Positions 16,138 through 24,018 of a stretch of 32,000 bases of DNA are shown here, piece by piece. This DNA is from Ktedonobacterales bacterium (GTDB taxonomy: Bacteria > Chloroflexota > Ktedonobacteria > Ktedonobacterales > JADMIN01), in NCBI GenBank assembly GCA_030167145.1, contig CP126532.1:4590001-4622000 (forward strand), read 5' to 3'. Under the pieces are notes generated by a model. The model had not been told where the DNA came from. It saw only the letters and a list, made by a program, of their open reading frames with translations, and made no database searches. How positions within the stretch are numbered: the stretch's first letter is position 1; each line of letters opens with the position of its first letter. The translations under genes were made by a program, and so were the position numbers.

Positions 16138-17193
16138 ATGTCACCATCACCCATGATTGACGCACAACACCTCAACAAAACGTTCCGCGTCGCCAAACGC
16201 CGCGCCGGACGCCTTGGCAGCCTCCGCAGCGTCGTAGACCCCGACGTGCGCACCGTCCCCGCCGTCGCCGACCTCTCGCTCCGCATTGTCCCTGGCGAGA
16301 TGATCGGCCTCATCGGCCCCAACGGTGCGGGTAAAAGCACCACCATCAAGATGCTCACCGGCATCCTCACCCCCACCAGCGGCTATATCCGCGTCGCCGG
16401 GCTTGACCCGCACCGCCAGCGCCGCGAGATGGCAGCGCGCATCGGCGTCGTCTTCGGCCAGCGCTCCCAACTCTGGTGGGATCTCCCCCTCAGCGATTCC
16501 TTGCGCCTCCTGCGCCACCTCTATCGCGTCCCCCAATCCCGCCACGAAGCTAACCTCACCCGCCTGCGCGCCATGCTCGACCTCGACGAATTCCTCGATA
16601 CCCCCGTGCGCCAACTCTCACTCGGCCAGCGCATGCGCGGCGACCTCGCCGCCGCTCTGCTCCACGACCCCGAACTGCTCTACCTCGACGAGCCAACCAT
16701 CGGCCTCGATGTCGTCGCCAAAGCGCGCATCCGCACCTTCCTGCGCGACATCAATACCCAGCAAGGCGTCACCGTCGTCCTCACCACCCACGACATGGAC
16801 GACATCGAAGCGCTCTGCCGCCGCATGGTCATCGTAGACCACGGACGCAAGCTCTACGACGGCGAAGTCGCCGCCATCCGCGAGCGTTTCGGCGGCGAGC
16901 GCACCATCATCGCCGAGCTAGACGAAAGCGAAATCGCCCGCCTCCCGCGCGACGACCACGGCCAGCCGCTGCTCGCAGATCTTCCCGCAGGCATCCGCCA
17001 GATCGAGGCCGAGCCGCCCCACATCGCCCTCAGCTTCACCCGCGACAGCATGCTCGCCCCCGAACTCGTCGCCTGGCTCGGCGCGCGCCACCGCCTCCGC
17101 GATGTCACATTCTCCGAGCCGCGTATCGAAGACGTCATCCGCCGCATCTACGAAGAAGGTCTGCTCTTGCACGAACCTGCACCTGTGAGCTAA
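16138..17193 (+). CDS. ABC transporter ATP-binding protein
   Basis: Walker A GPNGAGKST, signature LSLGQRMR, Walker B LLYLDEPT, H-loop TTHDM. I chose the ATG at 16138, preceded by GAGAGGAG. Confidence 0.9.
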   Translation: MSPSPMIDAQHLNKTFRVAKRRAGRLGSLRSVVDPDVRTVPAVADLSLRIVPGEMIGLIGPNGAGKSTTIKMLTGILTPTSGYIRVAGLDPHRQRREMAARIGVVFGQRSQLWWDLPLSDSLRLLRHLYRVPQSRHEANLTRLRAMLDLDEFLDTPVRQLSLGQRMRGDLAAALLHDPELLYLDEPTIGLDVVAKARIRTFLRDINTQQGVTVVLTTHDMDDIEALCRRMVIVDHGRKLYDGEVAAIRERFGGERTIIAELDESEIARLPRDDHGQPLLADLPAGIRQIEAEPPHIALSFTRDSMLAPELVAWLGARHRLRDVTFSEPRIEDVIRRIYEEGLLLHEPAPVS

Positions 17194-17200
17194 CCCATTG

Positions 17201-17225
17201 GTAGGGCGGACAGGAATGTCCGCCC
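17201..17225. repeat. REP-like hairpin (core family copy), downstream of the ABC ATPase gene
   Basis: GTAG + GGCGGACA-GGAA-TGTCCGCC, a perfect palindrome (GGGCGGACA/TGTCCGCCC, 17204-17225). Its loop is the complement of the TTCC loop seen in the other copies. Confidence 0.65.
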
Positions 17226-17233
17226 ATCGTTCT

Positions 17234-17256
17234 CCCCTTCCCTATTAGGGAAGGGG
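17234..17256. terminator. Second hairpin between the convergent ABC ATPase and CBS genes
   Basis: CCCCTTCCCT (17234-17243) / AGGGAAGGGG (17247-17256): 10-bp perfect stem with a 3-nt loop. No clear U-tract on either strand. Confidence 0.45.
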
Positions 17257-17276
17257 TCGGGGGTTAGGTAGCCCGC

Positions 17277-17756
17277 CTACTGCCGCGACGTAATCTCCAT
17301 GCGCGGGTCCAGCTCGCGCTCGAAGCTCGTCGCCGCCGCGCCGCAATCCGCGCATTCCGTCGGCGTCCGCGCATGCTGAATCGCCCCGCAGACTGGGCAG
17401 ACCCACCGGCTCGCGATCATCCGCACGATGTCCGCGCGGCTCACGATGCCCACCAGCCGCCCCTCGCGCAGCACCGCAACCCGCTTGAAACGGTTGCTCG
17501 TCAGAATCTGCGCCACCTCATCCACCGAAGTCTCTTCGCCAACGCTGATCACCCGCTTCGTCATGATCTCGGCGACGGTATTCCCCTCCTTGCCAATAAT
17601 ATCCGCCTCCGTCATGATTCCCACCATCCGCCGCTCACTATCCACCACCGGCGCGCCGCTGATGCGATAATCCGAGAGCAGCCGCGCCGCATCCTGCACC
17701 GTCGCCCCAGGGGCAATCGTAATTACTTCGTGGGTCATAATGTCACGCGCACGCAT
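17277..17756 (-). CDS. CBS-pair domain protein with a C-terminal CxxC...CxxC zinc ribbon
   Basis: Two CBS motifs (MTHEVITIAP...GAPVVD; IMTKRVISV...RVAVL..GRLVGIVSRADIV), then CPVCG-x12-CADCG. Strong RBS GAAGGAGG. Confidence 0.85.
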   Translation of the reverse strand: MRARDIMTHEVITIAPGATVQDAARLLSDYRISGAPVVDSERRMVGIMTEADIIGKEGNTVAEIMTKRVISVGEETSVDEVAQILTSNRFKRVAVLREGRLVGIVSRADIVRMIASRWVCPVCGAIQHARTPTECADCGAAATSFERELDPRMEITSRQ

Positions 17757-17834
17757 CGGACGCCTCCTTCATTGGGGGTTGACCATAACAGAGTCGAGCC
17801 GAAGCCATCGCCATTGACAGCTTCGTTGCGCGGC

Positions 17835-17863
17835 ATTGTACCATAACACCAGGCCGCGATGAA
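17835..17863 (-). promoter_or_regulatory. Candidate promoter for the CBS gene
   Basis: Minus strand: TTCATC (17858-17863), 17-nt spacer, TGgTACAAT (TACAAT = 17835-17840). Confidence 0.4.
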
Positions 17864-17910
17864 TGCCACATCGTCGCACGACCCGTGCCGAAATAGGAGC
17901 ACCATCCGCA

Positions 17911-17929
17911 GGGGCGCACAGCGTGCGCC
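17911..17929. repeat. GC-rich hairpin related to the REP-like family, in the 5' region of the DUF2419 gene
   Basis: GGGCGCAC-AGC-GTGCGCCC, an 8-bp perfect stem. Its tail GCCCATC matches the copy at 17221-17227. There is no GTAG head. Confidence 0.35.
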
Positions 17930-17957
17930 CATCCTGCCAGATAGGAATGCCCGCGCC

Positions 17958-18965
17958 ATGCTCGATACCACCATCACCCCACCCGCGGACGACCCGCTCG
18001 GCGTCCTCACCGCCACCGCGCCCATCGTCCGCGCCGCCCGCCATGTCCGCATCGTCCTCCCTGCGCTCACAGCGCTCGCCGCCCGCTGGGCAACCGAACC
18101 CTGGCCCGACCAGGCTGGCCTCGACGCCCTGCACTTCACCGACGACACCCCACACACCGCCAACTGGGTACTGCTGCTCGATGCCCTCAACTTCTGTTTC
18201 TGGGGCGAGCCAGATCAACCGCGCTGGCGCATCGCCTGGCGCGGCCAGACCCACGACGGCTACGCCGCCCTTGCCGCCGCGCTCACCCGCGCCCTCGAAG
18301 ACGGCCACCCCATCTACGATGCCGCCTACCTCGCCGATCTCACCGCCGACGACCTGCGCGATATCCTGCGCCCCGCGCCCGATAGCGCCGAGATCCCCCT
18401 CTTCGATGCCCGCCTCGCCAACGCCCGCGAAGTCGGGCGCGTCCTCCTCGAACGCTACGCCGGTCAATTCACCGACGCCATCGAACACGCCGCTGGCAGC
18501 GCCGTCTCCCTCGCCCTGCTGCTCGCCCGCGACTTCCCCTCCTTTGCCGACATCGCCACCTGGCGCGGCCAGCCCGTCCCTTTCCTCAAGCGCGCCCAAA
18601 TCTGCGTTGCCGATCTCCATGCCGCCTTCCACGGCCAGCGCTGGGGCGCCTTCACCGACCTCGCCAGCCTCACCGCCTTCGCCGACTACAAGCTCCCCCA
18701 ACTGCTCCGCACCCACGACATCCTTGTCTACAGCCCAGAACTAGCCGCCACGGTTGACAGCTACACGCCCATTCCCTCCGGCTCCGAAGCCGAAATCGAA
18801 ATTCGCGCCGCCACCATCTGGGCCGTCGAACTCCTGCGCCGCGCTCTCGCCGAACACCACATCACCCGCCCCGCCAGCGCCATAGATTATCGCCTCTGGG
18901 CCGACAGCCAGACCAAGCTCCCCAACGAACACCCCTACCACCGCACCCGCACCATCTATTACTAG
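17958..18965 (+). CDS. Queuosine-salvage family protein (DUF2419; homologue of eukaryotic Qng1, the queuosine 5'-phosphate N-glycosylase/hydrolase)
   Basis: Family blocks LLLDALNFCFWGE, GYAALAAALTRALEDG.PI.DA.YLA, FLKRAQICVADLH, FADYKLPQLLR. I chose the ATG at 17958 because the track start at 17859 overlaps the divergent CBS promoter and a hairpin. Confidence 0.8.
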   Translation: MLDTTITPPADDPLGVLTATAPIVRAARHVRIVLPALTALAARWATEPWPDQAGLDALHFTDDTPHTANWVLLLDALNFCFWGEPDQPRWRIAWRGQTHDGYAALAAALTRALEDGHPIYDAAYLADLTADDLRDILRPAPDSAEIPLFDARLANAREVGRVLLERYAGQFTDAIEHAAGSAVSLALLLARDFPSFADIATWRGQPVPFLKRAQICVADLHAAFHGQRWGAFTDLASLTAFADYKLPQLLRTHDILVYSPELAATVDSYTPIPSGSEAEIEIRAATIWAVELLRRALAEHHITRPASAIDYRLWADSQTKLPNEHPYHRTRTIYY

Positions 18966-19167
18966 CGGCGCGACCACCGCCTCAGCAGAAATCCATGTGT
19001 TGTGGAACGACGCGCTGAGCGCCTGTTTCGCACTGTGTTGCCGGAATCCTGGGAGGCAAAAAGAGCAGGATAGGAGAAGTTGCTTCCTGCCTCGTTGCAC
19101 ATGCTTTCCAGGCGACGCGGACGCGGTGGCAGAGAGCAATCCGCTCATCAAAGCAAAGGAGAACCGC

Positions 19168-19797
19168 ATGAACTATCCGCGAATCGTCTCACGCGACGAG
19201 TGGCTCGTTGCTCGCACAGAGCTGCTCAAAAAAGAAAAGGAAGCCACCCATGCGCGAGACAGGCTGAATGCCGAACGTCGCAGATTGCCGATGGTCAAGA
19301 TCAACAAAGAGTACCTCTTCGAGGGTCCAGACGGCAAGGTGAATCAGTTCGACCTCTTCGACGGGCGCCGTCAGTTGATCGTGTACCATTTCATGTTTGA
19401 CCCAAGTTGGGATGACGGCTGCGCGGGCTGCACGAACCTGGTAGACAACATTCCCAGCCGTCTGGCCGGTCTGCATGACAGCAACACCTCCTTGGTTCTC
19501 ATCTCCCGTGCCCCACTCTCGAAGATTGAACCCTACAAGACGCGGATGAACTGGACCATTCCGTGGTTCTCTTCGTATGGGAGCGACTTCAACTACGATT
19601 TCGATGCCACGGACGACGGCGGCGAAAAACCGGGGCTGAGTGTGTTCCTGCGCGAGGGCGAGCACATCTTTCACACCTACTCGACAACCGGGCGTGGCGT
19701 TGATATCCTCCTCGGAACGTACAACTATCTCGATCTGACCCCACTGGGACGGCAGGAGGACTGGGAGCAGCGATTCAATACGCCAGCTCAGGAGTAG
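19168..19797 (+). CDS. DUF899 thioredoxin-like family protein
   Basis: RIVSRDEWLVARTELLKKEKE..R..D.LNAERRRLPMV...LIVYHFMFDPSWDDGCAGCT is the characteristic DUF899 N-terminal region. I chose the ATG at 19168, preceded by AAAGGAGAA. Confidence 0.85.
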   Translation: MNYPRIVSRDEWLVARTELLKKEKEATHARDRLNAERRRLPMVKINKEYLFEGPDGKVNQFDLFDGRRQLIVYHFMFDPSWDDGCAGCTNLVDNIPSRLAGLHDSNTSLVLISRAPLSKIEPYKTRMNWTIPWFSSYGSDFNYDFDATDDGGEKPGLSVFLREGEHIFHTYSTTGRGVDILLGTYNYLDLTPLGRQEDWEQRFNTPAQE

Positions 19798-19879
19798 CCT
19801 GCCTCCACGACATCTCTGGCGCCTCACTCGTCGCGGTTCACAGAGGAAGGACCGGAAGTTAGGTCTGCTACACATAAAT

Positions 19880-19905
19880 GCTCCCGGCCTGGTATGGCCG
19901 GGAGC
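19880..19905 (-). terminator. Hairpin terminator downstream of the VOC gene, possibly bidirectional with DUF899
   Basis: GCTCCCGGCC (19880-19889) / GGCCGGGAGC (19896-19905): 10-bp perfect stem with a 6-nt loop. On the minus strand it is followed by AUUUAUGUG. Confidence 0.5.
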
Positions 19906-19919
19906 GCCCTCACATCGCG

Positions 19920-20291
19920 CTACCCTTGCGTTTGCATAGACCCGCTCTTCACCAGCCCAAAGAAATTGCCAGCGGGATCGGTGAACATCGCCATCGTCAC
20001 CGCGCCCGGTATCTCCGTCGGCTCCATCGCCACCGTGCCGCCCAGGCTCACCGCCTTATCAAGACACGCCTGCAAATCGTCTACCTCTGCGTAGATCGTC
20101 ACCCGTCCAGGCCCCTCCGTCGCCCCAATGCCACCGTTGATGCCGCGTCCGTTCGTCTCCGTCTCTGTCACTCCGTACTCATACGGATTATTCGTGTCCA
20201 TCTTCCAGCCGAACAGCCCACCATAGAACTCCTGTAGCCGCTTGCCGTTCTCCGGCGACACAATCTCCCAATGCACGATAGGGTTGGGCAT
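19920..20291 (-). CDS. VOC (glyoxalase/bleomycin-resistance/dioxygenase) family protein
   Basis: MPNPIVHWEI...FYGGLFGW... and GGTVAMEPTEIPG..TMAMFTDPAGNFFGLV. I chose the ATG at 20291, preceded by AGGAGGAA. Confidence 0.85.
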   Translation of the reverse strand: MPNPIVHWEIVSPENGKRLQEFYGGLFGWKMDTNNPYEYGVTETETNGRGINGGIGATEGPGRVTIYAEVDDLQACLDKAVSLGGTVAMEPTEIPGAVTMAMFTDPAGNFFGLVKSGSMQTQG

Positions 20292-20516
20292 GCGCTTCCT
20301 CCTGGCCGCTCTTCGCGGCGACATCACAAACACCATCTCGAACATTCGTACTAACTACAGTACGCCCGTAGGATACGCACCACATTCACCACACGTCAAC
20401 ATCCACCAACATCATCAGAAATCTCATTTGAATATTCCCAGCTTCCGCGCGTATCCTGAACACTGCGCGCTCACCTCGCCACTATCGTCCATCCAGAACC
20501 AAGGAGCACCACCCAC

Positions 20517-22247
20517 ATGCCACAATTCGCTTCCCTCCCCACCACCGCCCAGGAAATCAGCACATGGACCTGGCCGCAGATCGCCCCCTACTACGACGAC
20601 CTGCTCGCCCGCCCACTCACCGCCGACAACGTAGGCGCCTGGCTGTCCGATTGGAGCGCCCTCAGCTCGCTGCTGGATGAAGTCAACACCCGCTACACCA
20701 TCGCCACCACCGTCAACACCGCCGATACCGCGTCCGAACAGGCATACAATGCCTTCCTTGACGACATCATGCCCAACATGATGGAAGCCGAGCAAAAGGT
20801 CAAGCAACACCTGCTCAATAGCGGCCTGGAACCGCATGGCTTCGCGCTTCCCCTGCGCAAGCTCCGCGCCGACGCCGCCATCTATCGTGACGACAACGTC
20901 GCACTGCTCTCCGAGGCGCGCAAACTCTCGCTCGAATACGAAAAGATCGCTGGCGCGCGCAACGTCACCTGGGACGGCCAGGAAATCCCGCTGCTGCAAC
21001 TCGCACCCGTCCTCGAAGAACCCGACCGCGACCGCCGCGAACGCGCCTGGCGCACGCAATTCGCGCGCATCCTGCAAGATACCCCCACGCTCGCCCCGCT
21101 CTGGCGCCAGATGATTGAACTGCGCCACCGCACCGCCACCAACGCTGGCTTCGACAATTACCGCTCCTACCGCTGGCAGCAAATGTACCGCTTCGACTAC
21201 AGTCCCGACGACGCCAAACGCTTCCACGCCGCTATCGAAGAGGCCGTCGTTCCCGCCGCGCGTCGCATCAACGACCAGCGCCGCCAGCAGCTTGGCGTCC
21301 CCACGCTGCGCCCCTGGGATCGCGACGTTGACCCCGCCAACCGCCCGCCTCTGCGTCCATACCAGACCATAGACGAGCTAGAAACCAAGACCAGCGACAT
21401 CTTCCGCAACGTCTCGCCGCGCTTCGCTGGCTACTTCGAGACCATGCGTGCCGAACACCTGCTCGACCTCGACAGCCGCAAGAACAAAGCTCCCGGTGGC
21501 TATTCGCTTGGCTTCAACGTCATCGGCCTTCCTTTCATCTACGCCAACTCCGTCGGCACACACGAGGATGTGCAAACCCTGCTCCACGAAGGCGGCCACG
21601 CCTTCCACACCTTCGAGGCCGCACCCCTGCCGTATCTGCAACTCAAATCCGAAACGATGGTGCCCATGGAATTCGCCGAGGTCGCTTCGATGGGCATGGA
21701 GCTGCTCGCCTCACCCTACCTCACCACCCAGTACGGTGGCTTCTACACCGAAGCGCAGGCCGCCCGCGCCCGCGTAGACAACCTGCGCTCCATCATCACT
21801 TTCTGGCCCTACATGGCGATGATTGACGCCCTCCAACACTGGGTCTACGAACACCCCGACGCCTCCGCCGACATCGCCCAAACCGACGCCTACTGGGCCA
21901 CCCTTTCGGACCGCTTCTGGCCCCACCTCGATTGGAGCGGCCTCGAAGCGGAGAAGCGCGCCTTCTGGCATCGCCAGGGCCACGTCTGGACCGACCCCTT
22001 CTACTACATCGAATACGGCATGGCGCAGCTTGGCGCGGTGCAGGTCTTTGCCAACTCGCTGCGCGACCCGGCAGCCGCCGTCGAAGCCTATCGCCAGGCC
22101 CTCACCCTCGGCGGCGGCGCACCCCTACCCGACCTCTTCGCCGCCGCTGGCGCGAGATTCGCCTTCGACGCCGACACCCTGCGCTCCGCCGTCACCCTGC
22201 TCGAAGACACCATCGCCCAACTCGAACCCATCGCCGCCCAGGGCTAA
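20517..22247 (+). CDS. M3-family oligoendopeptidase (PepF-like)
   Basis: Zinc motif HEGGHAFH inside a ~575-aa M3B-like sequence. RBS AAGGAG. Confidence 0.88.
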   Translation: MPQFASLPTTAQEISTWTWPQIAPYYDDLLARPLTADNVGAWLSDWSALSSLLDEVNTRYTIATTVNTADTASEQAYNAFLDDIMPNMMEAEQKVKQHLLNSGLEPHGFALPLRKLRADAAIYRDDNVALLSEARKLSLEYEKIAGARNVTWDGQEIPLLQLAPVLEEPDRDRRERAWRTQFARILQDTPTLAPLWRQMIELRHRTATNAGFDNYRSYRWQQMYRFDYSPDDAKRFHAAIEEAVVPAARRINDQRRQQLGVPTLRPWDRDVDPANRPPLRPYQTIDELETKTSDIFRNVSPRFAGYFETMRAEHLLDLDSRKNKAPGGYSLGFNVIGLPFIYANSVGTHEDVQTLLHEGGHAFHTFEAAPLPYLQLKSETMVPMEFAEVASMGMELLASPYLTTQYGGFYTEAQAARARVDNLRSIITFWPYMAMIDALQHWVYEHPDASADIAQTDAYWATLSDRFWPHLDWSGLEAEKRAFWHRQGHVWTDPFYYIEYGMAQLGAVQVFANSLRDPAAAVEAYRQALTLGGGAPLPDLFAAAGARFAFDADTLRSAVTLLEDTIAQLEPIAAQG

Positions 22248-22259
22248 CAATCCATTTCC

Positions 22260-22290
22260 GCACTGGTGAGGCGGACATTCGTGTCTGCCC
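22260..22290 (+). repeat. REP-like element (core family copy), immediately after the peptidase stop
   Basis: GCACTGGTGAGGCGGACATTCGTGTCTGCCC. It is 30/31 identical to 30358-30388. The stem GGCGGACA/TGTCTGCC has one G.T pair. A degenerate second copy (CACTGGTGGGGTGGGC...) follows at 22292-22315. Confidence 0.7.
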
Positions 22291-22341
22291 GCACTGGTGG
22301 GGTGGGCTATTGTCCATCGGTTACCATCGCTATCTTGTTTC

Positions 22342-22368
22342 GTAGGGGCGTACACCGGACGTCCCTAC
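22342..22368 (+). repeat. REP-like hairpin with a GTAG head
   Basis: GTAGGGGCGT-ACACCGG-ACGTCCCTAC: 10-bp stem with one mismatch. The GTAG is part of the stem. Confidence 0.45.
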
Positions 22369-22608
22369 TCCCCTGCGCTCTATACCCACTAACACGCATA
22401 ATCTTGTGTATATCACTTCCGAATATCCCTTACTTCTTGCTACTCTACTTCGTGTCATGATAGAACAAGTATAGAGAGACTGCTGAAAGCATCCACATTT
22501 CGCATCCCGTGCGAGCGATTCCACGTCTCTCTCCCTCACGTGATTTCGTCAGTTTCGCCTGCATCCGCACGTGTGGCAGGTTGGTAGTTCAGGGGAGGTG
22601 TTTTCCGC

Positions 22609-23859
22609 ATGTCAAAGCGCATTTCCATCCGTCTGCTTGGCCGTATCCTGGCGAGCGTCGTCGTGCTGCTCGCCCTCGTCGGGCTGACCATGCTCACCAT
22701 CCGCAACGGCAACGCCTATGCTGGCGAGCCTGGCCGCACCCACCGCGGCTTCAGCGGCACCGGCGGTCCCACACCCACCCCGACCGTTTTTGGCTGTCCC
22801 GCATCCACTATGCGCTGGAGTATTGTTCCAGGGGCCGCCCTCTCCTCAAATGACAATGTATCCAACGGCTTGACCGCCATCAGCTCCACAGATATCTGGG
22901 CTGTAGGGTCTGGCACTGATCCGAATACATTTGACTCAGAAGCGGTGCTCGAACACTGGAATGGCAGCGCCTGGTCAGGCGTCGCGGTGCCTAGCGATCC
23001 CAAAGGTGGGGTATCGCTACAAGGCGCCTATGCCATTAACACGAGCGACGTATGGGCGGTTGGGAGCAATACCGATTCCCCAGAGACTGAGCACTGGAAT
23101 GGCTCGTCGTGGGCCATTTTCCCCCAACCTGCCTCGGTCATCGGGACCTTCGCGACACTCAACAGCGTAGCAGGCGTCGCCAGCAATGATGTTTGGGCCG
23201 TTGGTGTAGTGCCTACGGGTACGGAAAAACCCGTAATCGAACATTGGAACGGTAGCGCCTGGTCGGTCGTCGCTCCGGCGGACTCGTCGCTCGCAGGTGG
23301 TCTGACGGGTGTCATCGCCCTGGCCTCCAACAATGTTTGGGCGGTTGGATATACGTTCAACAGCACGACTAACCAAACACTCGTGCTACACTGGGATGGC
23401 TCGTCGTGGACACAGGTGGCAAGTCCTGACACTAGCTCAACCGATTCGAACATTCTCTTCGGGATAAGCGCAAGTTCGCCAACGGATATCTGGGCTGTGG
23501 GCACTGTCGAGACAACATCCAATGAAGAGGCGCTCACAATGCATTGGAACGGCACAGCATGGACGATAGTGCCGACACTGCAACTGCCCGGTTTCGGCGG
23601 AGGCTTTCACGGCGTGTCGGCTGTGGCCGCAAACAATGTCTGGGCGGTCGGATACGACTATTCAACCTTTACCCCGCTGGTGGCACACTGGAATGGTAGT
23701 GCGTGGCTAGTCGGCAGCGGTCAGGGGAGTGGTGACCTCCTTGGTGTTGTCGCGCTCTCGAACGGCACAGCGTGGGCAGTTGGCCAATCCGCCGGAACAC
23801 TCCCGCTCATCGAGCGATACCCCACTTTGATGCGTACCACGCATTGCTCGAATCCATAG
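22609..23859 (+). CDS. Secreted or anchored seven-bladed beta-propeller repeat protein
   Basis: N-terminal signal/anchor (ILASVVVLLALVGLTMLTI). Seven [DNT][IVA]WAVG strands alternate with six HW[ND]G[ST][AS]W strands at a ~48-aa period. RBS GGGGAGG. Confidence 0.8.
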   Translation: MSKRISIRLLGRILASVVVLLALVGLTMLTIRNGNAYAGEPGRTHRGFSGTGGPTPTPTVFGCPASTMRWSIVPGAALSSNDNVSNGLTAISSTDIWAVGSGTDPNTFDSEAVLEHWNGSAWSGVAVPSDPKGGVSLQGAYAINTSDVWAVGSNTDSPETEHWNGSSWAIFPQPASVIGTFATLNSVAGVASNDVWAVGVVPTGTEKPVIEHWNGSAWSVVAPADSSLAGGLTGVIALASNNVWAVGYTFNSTTNQTLVLHWDGSSWTQVASPDTSSTDSNILFGISASSPTDIWAVGTVETTSNEEALTMHWNGTAWTIVPTLQLPGFGGGFHGVSAVAANNVWAVGYDYSTFTPLVAHWNGSAWLVGSGQGSGDLLGVVALSNGTAWAVGQSAGTLPLIERYPTLMRTTHCSNP

Positions 23860-23935
23860 CGACAGACGCGTGCAGTCAGAGCAATGCTCTGCCAGCGGGA
23901 TGACACGGCTAGCCCGTTTGTCCCGTTGGCAGCCC

Positions 23936-23965
23936 ACCGATGCGCCTGCTATAGTGACTCGGCGC
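23936..23965 (+). promoter_or_regulatory. Sigma70-like promoter for the HEPN-like gene
   Basis: TTGGCA (23936-23941), 18-nt spacer, TGcTATAGT (TATAGT = 23960-23965). It lies downstream of the track ORF's ATG at 23884, which argues for the GTG start at 24019. Confidence 0.55.
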
Positions 23966-24018
23966 GCCCCCAAGCCAGCCCTTCTCGTCACCCTATCGGC
24001 GCGCCGGGAGGTTTCCGC

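Noticed and set aside
17769-18716. 315-aa minus-strand ORF opposite the DUF2419 gene
   Set aside because: It is antisense to a gene with clear family motifs. The translation is a monotonous Gly/Glu/Ala/Val sequence.
20424-21227. 267-aa minus-strand ORF opposite the M3 peptidase gene. Similar cases: 25924..26679 opposite the FAD oxidoreductase, 15627..16376, and 5077..5649.
   Set aside because: All are antisense shadows of motif-supported genes, with Gly/Ala/Val/Glu- or Arg-rich low-complexity translations and no RBS.
23884-24018. Upstream ATG start for the HEPN-like gene
   Set aside because: A TTGGCA-N18-TGcTATAGT promoter lies downstream of that ATG. A GGGAGG RBS sits 7 nt before the in-frame GTG at 24019.
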